DNA of 64,000 nt. It comes from an uncultured Acidobacteriota bacterium. Its GTDB lineage: Bacteria > Acidobacteriota > Vicinamibacteria > Vicinamibacterales > UBA2999. Location: assembly GCA_963751025.1 (NCBI GenBank), contig CAVVTC010000010.1:74121-138120 (forward strand), in the 5' to 3' direction. Positions 9,080 to 18,706 of the stretch are shown here, one piece after another (the first letter of the stretch is position 1; the number at the start of each line of letters is the position of its first letter). A program made the position numbers and the translations under genes. The notes beneath the pieces are model-generated. The model saw only the letters and a program-made list of their open reading frames with translations, made no database searches and was not told where the DNA came from.

Positions 9080-10293
9080 ATGTGGTCAATGCTCTGCCAA
9101 ACAACACCATGGTTCGCTGTGTTGTGCGCCATCACCACGTTTGGGCTGGGTGGATCACATTCGCCCCCGCAGCATACCCCGCCGTGACCCAGCCGGCAAC
9201 ATCTGAAGCTGTGCTCAACCAGTACGCCACAATCGTACACGCGAATTATGAAGACGCTTACAAAAGTGCCATGACACTCCGCAACGCACTCAACGCCTTG
9301 GTCGAAGGGTCAACCCCTGAGAAACTTGAAGCGGCGAAAGCGGCGTGGAAACGTGCCCGCATTCCCTACGGCCAAACCGAGGCCTATCGCTTCTACGGCG
9401 GTCCTATTGACGGGGATAATGGCCCGGAGGGCATGCTCAATGCCTGGCCATTAGACGAAAGCTATATCGATTACGTGGAGGGCAGTGCAACCGCAGGGAT
9501 TGTCAACCGTGTAGACGTCCCGATTACGGAGAGCCAACTCCGAGCGCTGAACGAGGACGGTGGCGAAACCAATATTAGTACCGGCTATCACGCCATTGAG
9601 TTCTTGCTGTGGGGCCAGGATCAAAGTGACGATGGCCCAGGCACGAGACCCTATACAGACTACGTGACGACGAACGCAGGCAGCAACGACGGCCGCCGTC
9701 AAAGTCCCCAACAGCGCCGCGGCCAGTATCTCCTCACCGTAACCGAGATGCTGACCCAAGATCTCAAACAATTGGTGGATGCATGGGCGCCGGATCAACC
9801 TCAAAATTATCGTGCCACATTCTTGAGCGCTAATCCCACCGAATCGCTGCGCAAGATACTCTCCGGTATGGGCGTGTTGAGCCGAGGGGAACTGGCGGGC
9901 GAACGCATGGCTGTCGCTCTCTCAACTCGGGATCAGGAAGATGAGCATTCATGCTTTAGCGACAACACCCATATCGATATCAGACAGAACGAACAAGGCA
10001 TCCGCAATGTGTATGATGGGCGCTATGTCCGCATCGACGGTACGGTCATTGACGGACCGGGGATTGGCGATTTAATTAGCCCGGAACTCAACACCGCCAT
10101 GATCCATCAATTGGATGCTACGATGAGCAAAGTCAATGCGATTGCGCCTCCGTTCGACCGCGAGATCCTGAGCGAAGAAGGGCAAAAACGGGTCCAGGCG
10201 GCGATCGACGCCCTGCGGGTCCAGGCCGATATGGTCGTAACGATCGCGAAGTCGCTCGGCATTGCGAATTTACAAGTTGAGCTGCCCGAGTGA
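9080..10293 (+). CDS. Imelysin / IrpA-like (Peptidase_M75) periplasmic protein. The N-terminal signal lies in a different frame, with an indel near ~9150.
   Basis: GYHAIEFLLWGQD (HxxE) and the overall helical pattern are in ORF 9040..10293. A lipoprotein-like signal, MWSMLCQTTPWFAVLCAITTFGLGG.., starts at ATG 9080 in another frame. Confidence 0.8.
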
Positions 10294-10297
10294 GCCT

Positions 10298-11711
10298 ATG
10301 GTATTCTCCCGTTTTCTACCTATCAAGCAGGTCTCTCTGGTCGGATGTGTCCTCGCCATTGCCTTGGGACTCTTGACCTTGGGAGCCAGCGCACCGCCGT
10401 TATCCCGAATGGCGCTCTCTGGCGGCAAAGCCACCGTCGGCGCCACGACACGCCAGGCTTTTGGGCAACCCGTTCCCGGCTTGTCGCCGTCTCAACAAAC
10501 GCAATTCTTTGTTGGCAACTCATTTTTCAACCGCAACTGGGTGGTGGCACCCGCTTCCACCCGGGCGAGAGATGGACTCGGACCGTTGTTCAACGCCCGA
10601 TCCTGCTCTACCTGCCACCAATTCGATGGTCGCGGCCGCCCGCCGCGCCATCCAGACGAACAGATGGTTTCAATGCTCTTGCGGCTGAGCATTCCCGGTC
10701 ATGACGCACGCTCTGGCGTAGTCCCTGAGCCAAACTATGGCGATCAACTTAACGAGCTGGCCATTCCAGACATCGATCCAGAGGGCAGAGCGACCGTTAC
10801 CTATGAGGAGATTACCGGCCAATTTGCCGATGGCGAGGCCTATCAACTACGCCGCCCGACATATACCATTGGCGATCTGCACTACGGCCCGCTCCACCCC
10901 GAAGTCCGCCTCTCGCCTCGCACCGCACCGGCTATGATTGGCCTCGGGCTGTTGGAAGCGATTCCGGAACAGGATCTACTTGCCCTGGCCGATCCCCAAG
11001 ACGCAGATGGCAACGGCATTTCCGGGCGTCCAAATCGGGTCTGGGATCAGACACAGCAGCGGCAGGTGCTAGGGCGCTTTGGGTGGAAAGCCAATCAGCC
11101 CAGTGTGGCGCAGCAGACCACAGGTGCCTTTCTCGGCGATATTGGCATCACCTCGGCCCTCTTGCCGCGTGAAAACTGCACCGCCGTACAAGAGCGCTGC
11201 ACGGCTGCGCCAACCGGTGGACAACCGGAAATATCGCCAGAGATCCTCGGGCAGGTGATCTTTTACAGTCGCACCCTCGCGGTGCCGGCGCGGCGCGATC
11301 TCGACGATACCACCGTCCAACGCGGCGAACAGCTTTTTGTTCAGGCGCAATGCGGGCAATGCCATATTCCGACCCTACACACCGGTCTGGTTGAAGGGGC
11401 TGTCGACGCTATCGCATCAAACCATCCATCCCTATACCGATTTGCTCTTACACGACATGGGCGCAGACCTGGCTGATGACCGAACGGATTTTGAGGCAAC
11501 GGGTCGCGAGTGGCGCACCCCCCCACTATGGGGCATTGGCCTGGTGAACAAAGTGAATGGCCATACGAATTTCCTGCACGATGGACGAGCACGAAATTTC
11601 ACCGAAGCCATTTTGTGGCACGGTGGCGAAGCGGAGGCAGTGCGGGAGCACTTTCGACATCTGGCACGCCCCGAGCGAGAGGCATTGGTGCGGTTTCTGG
11701 AATCGCTATAA
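10298..11711 (+). pseudogene. DUF1111 di-haem protein (thiol oxidoreductase / cytochrome-c-peroxidase-like) with one frame break near ~11400.
   Basis: Two CxxCH motifs are present (CSTCHQ, CGQCHI). The C-terminus continues in ORF 11337..11711 (..HDMGADLADDRTDFEATGREWRTPPLWGIG..FLHDGRARNFTEAILWHGGEA). Confidence 0.8.
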
Positions 11712-11715
11712 CACG

Positions 11716-12871
11716 ATGATAAAGGGGATTGGATCTATGCCTCAACGATCGCATGTCATTGGTTTCAGGTTGCTTTTTCCCGTCGTCTGTGTCATCTTCG
11801 GGCTCCAACTGGCCAGCAGCCAACCTCAGAAGGCGCCTGAAACGCCTTTTGAGCGCGATGCGATGCTAGCGCATTTAGCCTATCACATCATGCTCCCGTC
11901 CTATCTGGATTTCGAAGCAGCCGCCAAGGCGCTGCAGAGCGACACAGAACAGCTCTGTCAGGCCCCTGCCCTCGATCGACTTGCAGCGGCTCAGGCGAGC
12001 TGGAAACAAGCGGCCTTGACGTGGAATCGCGGTGAAGCGTTTCAGCTCAATCTCACACAGACCTATGCCAAATCGATTGGGTTCTGGCCCACAAGAGAGC
12101 GCCGGATACAGAGCGCCCTTGCGAGACAACAAGCCCATTACGCCCACCTATGTCGATTCCATGGGCGCAGCCGCCCATGGAATCTCAGCCATGGAATATC
12201 TCTTGTTCGATGCCGACGCCGGACAGACAGCCCTCCTTCAGGCCATGCAAGAAGGTGCACTGGCCAAACGATGGTGCCCCTATCTCGTTGCCACGGCAAC
12301 GCATCTGGTGGATAAGGCCCAGGCCATAGCGCGACTTTGGCGTCCAGAAGGACTGAATTTTAGCGGCAAAGTGGCCCACGCCGGTCAGGGCGAAACCCTA
12401 TATCCCACATCGCATCGCGCCATTAGCGACATCGTCAATCGGCTGGTCTCGACCGTCGAAACCGTGGCGAACGGCAAGATCGGCAAACCTCTGCGCGGCA
12501 ACGGCCGTCAGCCCTGGCCTAACGCCGTGCAAGCTGGTCGTAGCGGTGCCTCAAAGGCGCTGTTGATTGCCACTTTGGAGGGGGCGCTCGCCGTCTACAG
12601 CGGCGAGGGTGGTACGCAGTCTGGCCCTGGATTTGACGATTTCCTCACCGCTCTCGACTCTGATCTGGGCTCTCGCATCACGGGTCAATTTCAAGCGGCA
12701 CTGACGGCAGCCCACGCCATACCCGACCCGCTACGCGTTGCAATTGTCGAGCAGCCACAGACCGTGCAAGCGACGTATGAAGCGGTGCATCAATTGCTGA
12801 TTCTCTTAAAGGTCGACATGACAAACGTACTGAGTGTCACCGTGGATTTTAGTGACAATGATGGCGATTAA
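11716..12871 (+). pseudogene. Second imelysin-like (Peptidase_M75-like) protein with one frame break near ~12100.
   Basis: ATG 11716 gives a signal-bearing N-terminus (..LLFPVVCVIFGLQLASSQ) and ..AAAQASWKQAALTWNRGEAF... It continues in ORF 12032..12871 (..AHGISAMEYLLFDAD..). Confidence 0.7.
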
Positions 12872-14237
12872 TATCCGTATCAAGCCCCTGTTCGAGCCCA
12901 TTGACATCGCCTCTCTAGCCGTCTTTCGCATGCTATTTGGGCTGCTCATGTGCATCAGTATGGTGCGCTTTCTGGCCAAGGGTTGGGTGGAGACGCTCTA
13001 CCTCCAGCCGACGTTCTTTTTCACCTATCCCGGATTTTCATGGGTTCATCCTTGGCCAGCCTGGGGCATGTATGCCCATGTCGCCCTTCTCGCGCTTCTC
13101 GCCCTCCTGGTCGCCTGTGGGTGGTACTATCGCGTCAGTATCACACTCTTTTGCGCCCTTTTTACCTACTTTGAATTGATTGATCAAACCAACTATCTCA
13201 ACCATTACTACTTGATTAGTCTCGTCAGCTTCCTGATGATCTTTTGCCCCCTATACCGTGCCTTTTCCATCGATGTTAGGCGGTGTGCCCTTCTCACTCG
13301 CGCCACCGTGTCGGCTGGTGTTCTCTGGCTCCTGCGGTGTCAGGTTGCATTGGTCTATTTATTTGCCGGTATCTCTAAAATCAACGGTGATTGGCTTTGG
13401 TATGCGCAGCCTCTGAATATCTGGCTCACCGCCTATGCGGATATGCCGATCCTGGGATGGCTATTCGGCCAGGTATGGGTCCACTACGCCATGAGCTGGA
13501 CAACGATTATCTTCGAACTGACGATTGTCGGCTTCTTGCTGTGGCATCGCACCCGATGGCTAGCCTATCCCATTCTGGTCGCTTTTCATCTCGCGACCTT
13601 AAAATTGTTTCACATCGGGATGTTTCCTTGGATTATGATCGTCATGACCACCCTCTTTTTCCCGCCGGATTGGCCGCGTCGATGGTGGCCGGCACGTCAC
13701 ACGGACACCTACACGCCGACGATCAGCACGCCGCCTCGGTACAAGCGTCAGCGGATTGGGCTGTCACTCGCACTGATCTACCTGTGCATCCAATGCGCCG
13801 TACCACTGCGCGCTTATATGTACCCGGATAGCGTGTTGTGGACAGAAAACGGCATGCGGTTTGCCTGGCGGGTGATGTTGATGGAAAAGACCGGACATGT
13901 GGACTTTGAAGTTCGCGATCCACAACATGGCCGCGTGTGGCGGATCTCTCCAGACGACTACTTGACACCCCGGCAGGCTAAAATGACGGCAACAAGGCCA
14001 GCCATGATTCAACAGCTCGCTCAAGCCATCGCACAGGACTTCAGACAGAAAGGGCTGAGCAACGTGACCGTCCATGCCGCAGCGTATGTATCGCTGAATG
14101 GGCGTCCAAGTCAACGGTTTATTGATTTCGATATCGATCTGGCTCAGACACCGCGTGAACTCTCAGAAGTCCCCTGGATTCTTCCTTTGCAGGAAACCCC
14201 GCCCGTTCGCTTACGGCCTGCCCCTCCCCATAGTTAA
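12858..14237 (+). CDS. HTTM-domain membrane protein (homologue of vitamin-K-dependent gamma-carboxylase).
   Basis: The N-terminus DIASLAVFRMLFGLLMCISMVRF.. matches the DxxSLAxFRxxFG start of HTTM domains. The protein is polytopic, intact, and overlaps the preceding stop. Confidence 0.75.
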   Translation: MMAINIRIKPLFEPIDIASLAVFRMLFGLLMCISMVRFLAKGWVETLYLQPTFFFTYPGFSWVHPWPAWGMYAHVALLALLALLVACGWYYRVSITLFCALFTYFELIDQTNYLNHYYLISLVSFLMIFCPLYRAFSIDVRRCALLTRATVSAGVLWLLRCQVALVYLFAGISKINGDWLWYAQPLNIWLTAYADMPILGWLFGQVWVHYAMSWTTIIFELTIVGFLLWHRTRWLAYPILVAFHLATLKLFHIGMFPWIMIVMTTLFFPPDWPRRWWPARHTDTYTPTISTPPRYKRQRIGLSLALIYLCIQCAVPLRAYMYPDSVLWTENGMRFAWRVMLMEKTGHVDFEVRDPQHGRVWRISPDDYLTPRQAKMTATRPAMIQQLAQAIAQDFRQKGLSNVTVHAAAYVSLNGRPSQRFIDFDIDLAQTPRELSEVPWILPLQETPPVRLRPAPPHS

Positions 14238-14319
14238 CGGACGTCATCGCCGTGCTTTGACTTCTCGGTGTCAAAACGATCATTCAAATAACATGTTGGG
14301 TCAATCATCAGCCTATAAT

Positions 14320-14338
14320 GAGAATGATAGTCATTATA
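14320..14338. promoter_or_regulatory. Fur-box-like site GAGAATGATAGTCATTATA.
   Basis: It matches the 19-bp Fur consensus GATAATGATAATCATTATC at 16 of 19 positions by my alignment. It lies in the AT-rich gap upstream of the ferritin-like gene. Confidence 0.6.
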
Positions 14339-14453
14339 TAATTCATTTTGAATCAATGGTTTATATTGACAGAGAGCTGATTTACAGGTACACTCACCCT
14401 AGACTCAGAAGGATATACAACGCACAGAGACGCAGGCCGTAAGGAGATAGATC

Positions 14454-14912
14454 ATGGATAACGCGCTCGTTATCGACGCCCTGAACAAAGCAGTGGCACT
14501 AGAACACGCGGCGTGTATGCAATACAAACAACACGCCTTACTCGTGCGTGGCTTATGGCGCAAGGTCTACGCGGATTTTTTCTATGATGAAAGCCGGTCG
14601 TCGCAAGAACATGCCTACAAATTCGGCCAAAAAATTGTGGCTCTAGGTGGCATCCCCACCATTGAAGTCGGTGCCCCTGTACAACAATCACTCGATCTCG
14701 TCGAGATGTTACAGCAAGATTTGGAGATTGAACGACAGGCCAAACAGGCCTATGAGGAGGCCTTGGTACTGGGCCAAGATGACACCGCTTTGCGGGTCAT
14801 CTTGGAAGACCAAATCCAAAGTGAACAAGAAGACATCGAAGAACTCGAGATGTACTTAGAGATGGTACAAACGCAAGCGGTAGCCCCGTCTCTAGAGCTG
14901 AAGGTCGTATAG
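14454..14912 (+). CDS. Bacterioferritin/ferritin-like four-helix-bundle protein.
   Basis: The Glu/His ligand pattern is spread over four helices (LEHAACMQY, SSQEHAYKF, LEIERQAKQAYEEA, EDQIQSEQEDIEELE). There is an AGGAG RBS before the ATG. Confidence 0.8.
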   Translation: MDNALVIDALNKAVALEHAACMQYKQHALLVRGLWRKVYADFFYDESRSSQEHAYKFGQKIVALGGIPTIEVGAPVQQSLDLVEMLQQDLEIERQAKQAYEEALVLGQDDTALRVILEDQIQSEQEDIEELEMYLEMVQTQAVAPSLELKVV

Positions 14913-14916
14913 CGCG

Positions 14917-14946
14917 CTGACCGTGTGGTTGCGACCACACGGTCAG
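14917..14946. terminator. Perfect 13-bp hairpin between convergent genes.
   Basis: The structure is CTGACCGTGTGGT - TGCG - ACCACACGGTCAG. It sits 5 nt after the ferritin-like stop and ~45 nt after the stop of the convergent gene. Confidence 0.7.
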
Positions 14947-14990
14947 CAATTGGCTGAAAAACGTAGGTTGATGCCGCCATCAGAGCCGCA

Positions 14991-15518
14991 TCATGTCTGG
15001 CTGATTTTGAGTAGTTTTTTGGATGCATTGATAGACTGTCCTGCCACGGTCGGGCACTTCTTGCAGGCTTTTCCCTTACGTCTGAAACGTTCGCAACACG
15101 TTTTGTTCACCCCTTCAACTCGCCCCCCTTTCACGATCGCTTGATGCCGTATGTCAGAACCGGGCCGCGCCTCTGTAAAAGGAATGATTTTACTGTCTTC
15201 CTGAGCATCACCACGTCTTTTGAGGCGCCTACGGACTTGACCGAGCGATGCGAGTAAGGCATCTGTCGCCGAGGCGTCCAACGACAAACTTTTTTGGCGG
15301 TACCAACCAATCCCATTTGCTCTTGTTAAATAACGTAACTCGACCCGAGCATGATGATCGGCATCATAAGTCACCGCGACTTCCAATACGGTATCATCCG
15401 CCGCTTGGGGAATTGTCGCGATAATTTCTTCATGCATCTCTCGAATCCTCATCGCTAGTATCCGCACAAATTCAGGTGTGATATGCGGCCCGACCTCCGA
15501 AGTCCCCATGGCCATCAA
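14991..15518 (-). CDS. Hypothetical protein with a Cys-rich basic C-terminal tail.
   Basis: This is an intact 175-aa ORF. The tail reads NKTCCERFRRKGKACKKCP (CC-x9-C-x2-C). I did not recognise a family. Confidence 0.55.
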   Translation of the reverse strand: MMAMGTSEVGPHITPEFVRILAMRIREMHEEIIATIPQAADDTVLEVAVTYDADHHARVELRYLTRANGIGWYRQKSLSLDASATDALLASLGQVRRRLKRRGDAQEDSKIIPFTEARPGSDIRHQAIVKGGRVEGVNKTCCERFRRKGKACKKCPTVAGQSINASKKLLKISQT

Positions 15519-15560
15519 ACGTGGTCATCGTACGTATCACCACAGGGTATAGGCGATAAC

Positions 15561-15577
15561 ATGATTTTGAAAATCAT
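15561..15577. promoter_or_regulatory. Perfect 8-1-8 palindrome ATGATTTT-G-AAAATCAT (Fur-family-box-like).
   Basis: It lies ~45 nt upstream of the start of the 14991..15518 gene. Its shape resembles the 7-1-7 Fur/PerR/Zur boxes (TGATAATnATTATCA), but the inner bases differ. Confidence 0.4.
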
Positions 15578-15741
15578 TCTCAACTATAGGATGAGCTCAC
15601 CGGGATGTCAAGCTATAAGCTGAACGTTACTTGACCCTTTTTGCTTTCTGATCAACTCTCCGCTTCCGTTTACACCCAGGCTTTTTATTCAACGCCACAG
15701 TGCCCCTTGTCATGAGGTGTCAGAGGAAACAATTGGCGGCC

Positions 15742-16395
15742 TCAGTGCGAAGGTAAGGTGGCAAAGGCTTTTTCAACAACGCGCGAGATGTAATACCGCA
15801 CATCGTGCCAGGGCTGCGATGCGAGGATTGACACGGGACTATCAAGCCATTCGGCTTCCCATAAAATGCTTTTGGTGTCTATATCCACGAGCGCAAAAGA
15901 CGCGGCTACTATGATCGTATTATCCGTTTTGAGTTTTTGCGTATCCCATCGAGTAATGGTGCTGATGAGGAGGCTATCGGCACCCAGTAGGGCTCTGGCC
16001 TCTGTCGCAGGAAGTTGCAACATATCCTGGCTTTGTTGCGTCCCGACTCGGGTATCCACGACTTCTAGAGGGACGACGCGATAGGCCTTTTTGTACAGCG
16101 TGTGATTGATTTTCCGACGAAAGGACAGCGGCACATCGTTTGCGTCCTGTGGTCGAGAGGCCAGGGCCGCTTCGAATAGAGATTTAAGATAGGCGTGGGA
16201 TGGCGGCGCAGTGAGCGGTTTTCCAGTTTGATTCCGGATTGGCATGACTGCCACACGGGCCGGACGATGCTGGACATCGGTTGGGTTGCGCTGCGATGTC
16301 ACGACTCGTTGCGCACAGCCTGGCAGCGCAAGCAGCGTGAACGCGAGAATCCCTACGGCCAATGGGCGGTGCACAGCGGTACGGTACGGTATCAT
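15742..16395 (-). CDS. Putative lipoprotein.
   Basis: The start MIPYRTAVHRPLAVGILAFTLLALPGC has a lipobox (LPGC). It lies 4 nt downstream of the preceding gene. The family is uncertain. Confidence 0.6.
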   Translation of the reverse strand: MIPYRTAVHRPLAVGILAFTLLALPGCAQRVVTSQRNPTDVQHRPARVAVMPIRNQTGKPLTAPPSHAYLKSLFEAALASRPQDANDVPLSFRRKINHTLYKKAYRVVPLEVVDTRVGTQQSQDMLQLPATEARALLGADSLLISTITRWDTQKLKTDNTIIVAASFALVDIDTKSILWEAEWLDSPVSILASQPWHDVRYYISRVVEKAFATLPSH

Positions 16396-16399
16396 CGGT

Positions 16400-16948
16400 T
16401 TACTCCGCAGGTGCGCGCCGATATCGGATCGGCGGTTTGACAAACCACATCTCATACAGCGGCACAATCGTCAGGGTCAAAAAGCTAATCGTCAATAGGA
16501 GCTCACCGGCAATCAGGAGAATCGCACCGGCAGGCGACACGTATTTAATCACCCATGGCGACCAGATAAACAGAAACATGGCTGCGAATGACGTCAGCCA
16601 TACCGCCTGTTTGAACCGTTCAGGCCAAGATGTCAACTGAAACAAATGCCCGACCATCAGCAGCAACATCGCCATGTCGAAGGTGTGATCATGGGTTAGT
16701 TCAATAAGTTCTGAAAGACTCCGAGGAAAGTAGAGTTCGGCCGCTTCGTTTACCTGATTCGCCGTTCCCTCAGCGCCCCCGTAACGCCAGACCTTCGTTT
16801 GAGTCGTAAAACCGGTTTTATCCCAAATATTGAGAATGCCGACACCGAAGGCCATGAGCAGACTGATCAGAAAGAGCGATACGACCATTTTGCTGGAAAA
16901 CGACGCCCGAGACAGAGGCACATCGCCAAACATCCGAAATTGGCTCAT
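16400..16948 (-). CDS. Small polytopic membrane protein (about four TM helices) with conserved-looking His residues.
   Basis: MSQFRMFGDVPL..VVSLFLISLLMAFGVGIL.., ..THDHTFDMAMLLLMVGHLF.., ..AVWLTSFAAMFLFIWSPW.., ..AGAILLIAGELLLTISFLTLTIVPL... I did not recognise a family. Confidence 0.6.
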   Translation of the reverse strand: MSQFRMFGDVPLSRASFSSKMVVSLFLISLLMAFGVGILNIWDKTGFTTQTKVWRYGGAEGTANQVNEAAELYFPRSLSELIELTHDHTFDMAMLLLMVGHLFQLTSWPERFKQAVWLTSFAAMFLFIWSPWVIKYVSPAGAILLIAGELLLTISFLTLTIVPLYEMWFVKPPIRYRRAPAE

Positions 16949-17020
16949 GAGCAGCCCCCCTCTTGTCCCCCTAGACGACGCTTCCCCTCGCCGATGCATT
17001 GTGGCATCATCTTCTCCCTG

Positions 17021-18133
17021 TTAACTAAATGTGACGGTATGTTTGATGCCACTCGACATGCGGATTTCCAATCCCTCAGGTGATTCGGGACGCTCAATCA
17101 CCACCAGACCTTCGACGTCAGACAGATCTTCTAGCAAGGCGAAACCCTGTTCTGGTCCCAGCACGAAGGCTGCCGTTGAAATAGCATCCGCTTGCATGGC
17201 GGTCTTGGCCAGAACCGTGACACTGGCTACTTTCTCGACCGGATAGCCGGTTCTGGGGTCGATGAGATGGCCATAGCGTTTTCCCTCTTGCTCGAAATAG
17301 TTCTCGTAATTCCCAGAGGTTGCCACGCTTCGATTATGAACGCGAAGGGTAGCGAGGCTACGGTCGGGGACGTGGGGGTGTTGGATATCGACCAGCCACG
17401 CCGTCTCCTTCATCGCCGCACCCATGGCAAACAAATCTCCCCCAGCATTGACAATGGCGTGGTGGACGCCCTGGGCGAGGATTGCGGCCAGCGCCTTGTC
17501 GATGGCAAACCCTTTGGCGATGCCGCCAAAATCGAGTTCCACGCCCTCTCGGTCAAAGCGCATGGCACCTCGGGATGCATCTAAGTGGACGTGCCGATAG
17601 TTGACCAGAGGCAAGGTGGCTTGCAATTCCTCAACCGTCGGTATACGTCCCTCTCGTTGCACAAAACCCCAAAGCCGCATGAGCGGCAAAATCGTGATAT
17701 CCATGGCACCGTCGCTCTCGCGAGACATGTGCAAAGCAGCTTCGGTCACGGCCAGCATATCGGGATCGGTGCGAACCCACCCGCTGGCGGCAAGCCGATT
17801 GAGCCGGGAGAGTTCGCTCGCAGGCTGATAAATACTCATGCGCCGATCGACTTGGCGCAGCGCATGAAAGCCAGACGCCATGGCGCGCTCCGCGCTCTGC
17901 CGGTCTGCAGCAGCCACGGTGATTTCCGCCACAGTTCCCATGACATAGCGCGCCTGTCGAAATTCCCTGAGAGACTGACCACTGGCATCGCGTGACGGCA
18001 ACAGACCGAACCCACCGGCTAGCGCGGCCAACGCGCCGGTCCCAGCGCGGCGAAGCAGGACACGCCGCCCTAGCCTATTGGCCCGAGATACCCTGGGCAC
18101 GGGTATTCGCTCATTCATGTCTATACGCTCCAC
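17021..18133 (-). CDS. apbE: FAD:protein FMN transferase (ApbE family) with a Tat-type signal.
   Basis: RRVLLRRAGTGALAALAG, GGIAKGFAIDKA, ATSGNYENYF and GHLIDPRTGYP are all present. Confidence 0.9.
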   Translation of the reverse strand: MERIDMNERIPVPRVSRANRLGRRVLLRRAGTGALAALAGGFGLLPSRDASGQSLREFRQARYVMGTVAEITVAAADRQSAERAMASGFHALRQVDRRMSIYQPASELSRLNRLAASGWVRTDPDMLAVTEAALHMSRESDGAMDITILPLMRLWGFVQREGRIPTVEELQATLPLVNYRHVHLDASRGAMRFDREGVELDFGGIAKGFAIDKALAAILAQGVHHAIVNAGGDLFAMGAAMKETAWLVDIQHPHVPDRSLATLRVHNRSVATSGNYENYFEQEGKRYGHLIDPRTGYPVEKVASVTVLAKTAMQADAISTAAFVLGPEQGFALLEDLSDVEGLVVIERPESPEGLEIRMSSGIKHTVTFS

Positions 18134-18640
18134 TTAGGGTTTTTTAAAAACTTCTTCACAGATGGCCACCGCTTCCCGGACTCCCGCCGATACGGAATGG
18201 GCCGAGATCGTGGCCCCTGAGATATTTTTGATATCGCGCTGGACCTCGATGGGGTCCTGAATGGTCTTGTTGTGATATTGACGCAGAAATCGCTCTTCTT
18301 TGACCTCATAACCCCGCGGTTCTCGGTAAATCATGATGGCGACATCCTCGACACTGCAGTCGGGCTTGAGTCCGACGATGAACGTAATGGGTCGGTGCCG
18401 CCCTTTTTTATCCGTGATATAGGCATAGCCATCGATCTGGTCGTTGCGCCTGCCAACATAAAAGACAAACGTGTCGGCATCAAGCGGATGATCGGCCTTG
18501 TCGTGTACGCGTTGCTGCTGAGCCGGCGTCAATTCGACTTGCTCGGTACGTATGGTCTGTGCATGGGGCATCGCCACACGCAGAGCCTCCTCCTTGGTGA
18601 GATAGCGGATCGCCATGGCCGGCATGGCTGTCGTGCCCAT
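18134..18640 (-). CDS. FMN-binding-domain protein (NosR/RnfG-type), a likely ApbE substrate.
   Basis: LTKEEALRVAMPHA.., ..GYAYITDKKGRHRPITFIVGL.. and the C-terminal ..ISGATISAHSVSAGVREAV are present; the last contains an SGAT flavinylation-type motif. The stop abuts the apbE start. Confidence 0.8.
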   Translation of the reverse strand: MGTTAMPAMAIRYLTKEEALRVAMPHAQTIRTEQVELTPAQQQRVHDKADHPLDADTFVFYVGRRNDQIDGYAYITDKKGRHRPITFIVGLKPDCSVEDVAIMIYREPRGYEVKEERFLRQYHNKTIQDPIEVQRDIKNISGATISAHSVSAGVREAVAICEEVFKKP

Positions 18641-18706
18641 GATGAGTGACGACGCACAGGAGCACCGAGTACGGGGTTCGCATGCGCAAGCTCCTTCTCC
18701 ACAAAC

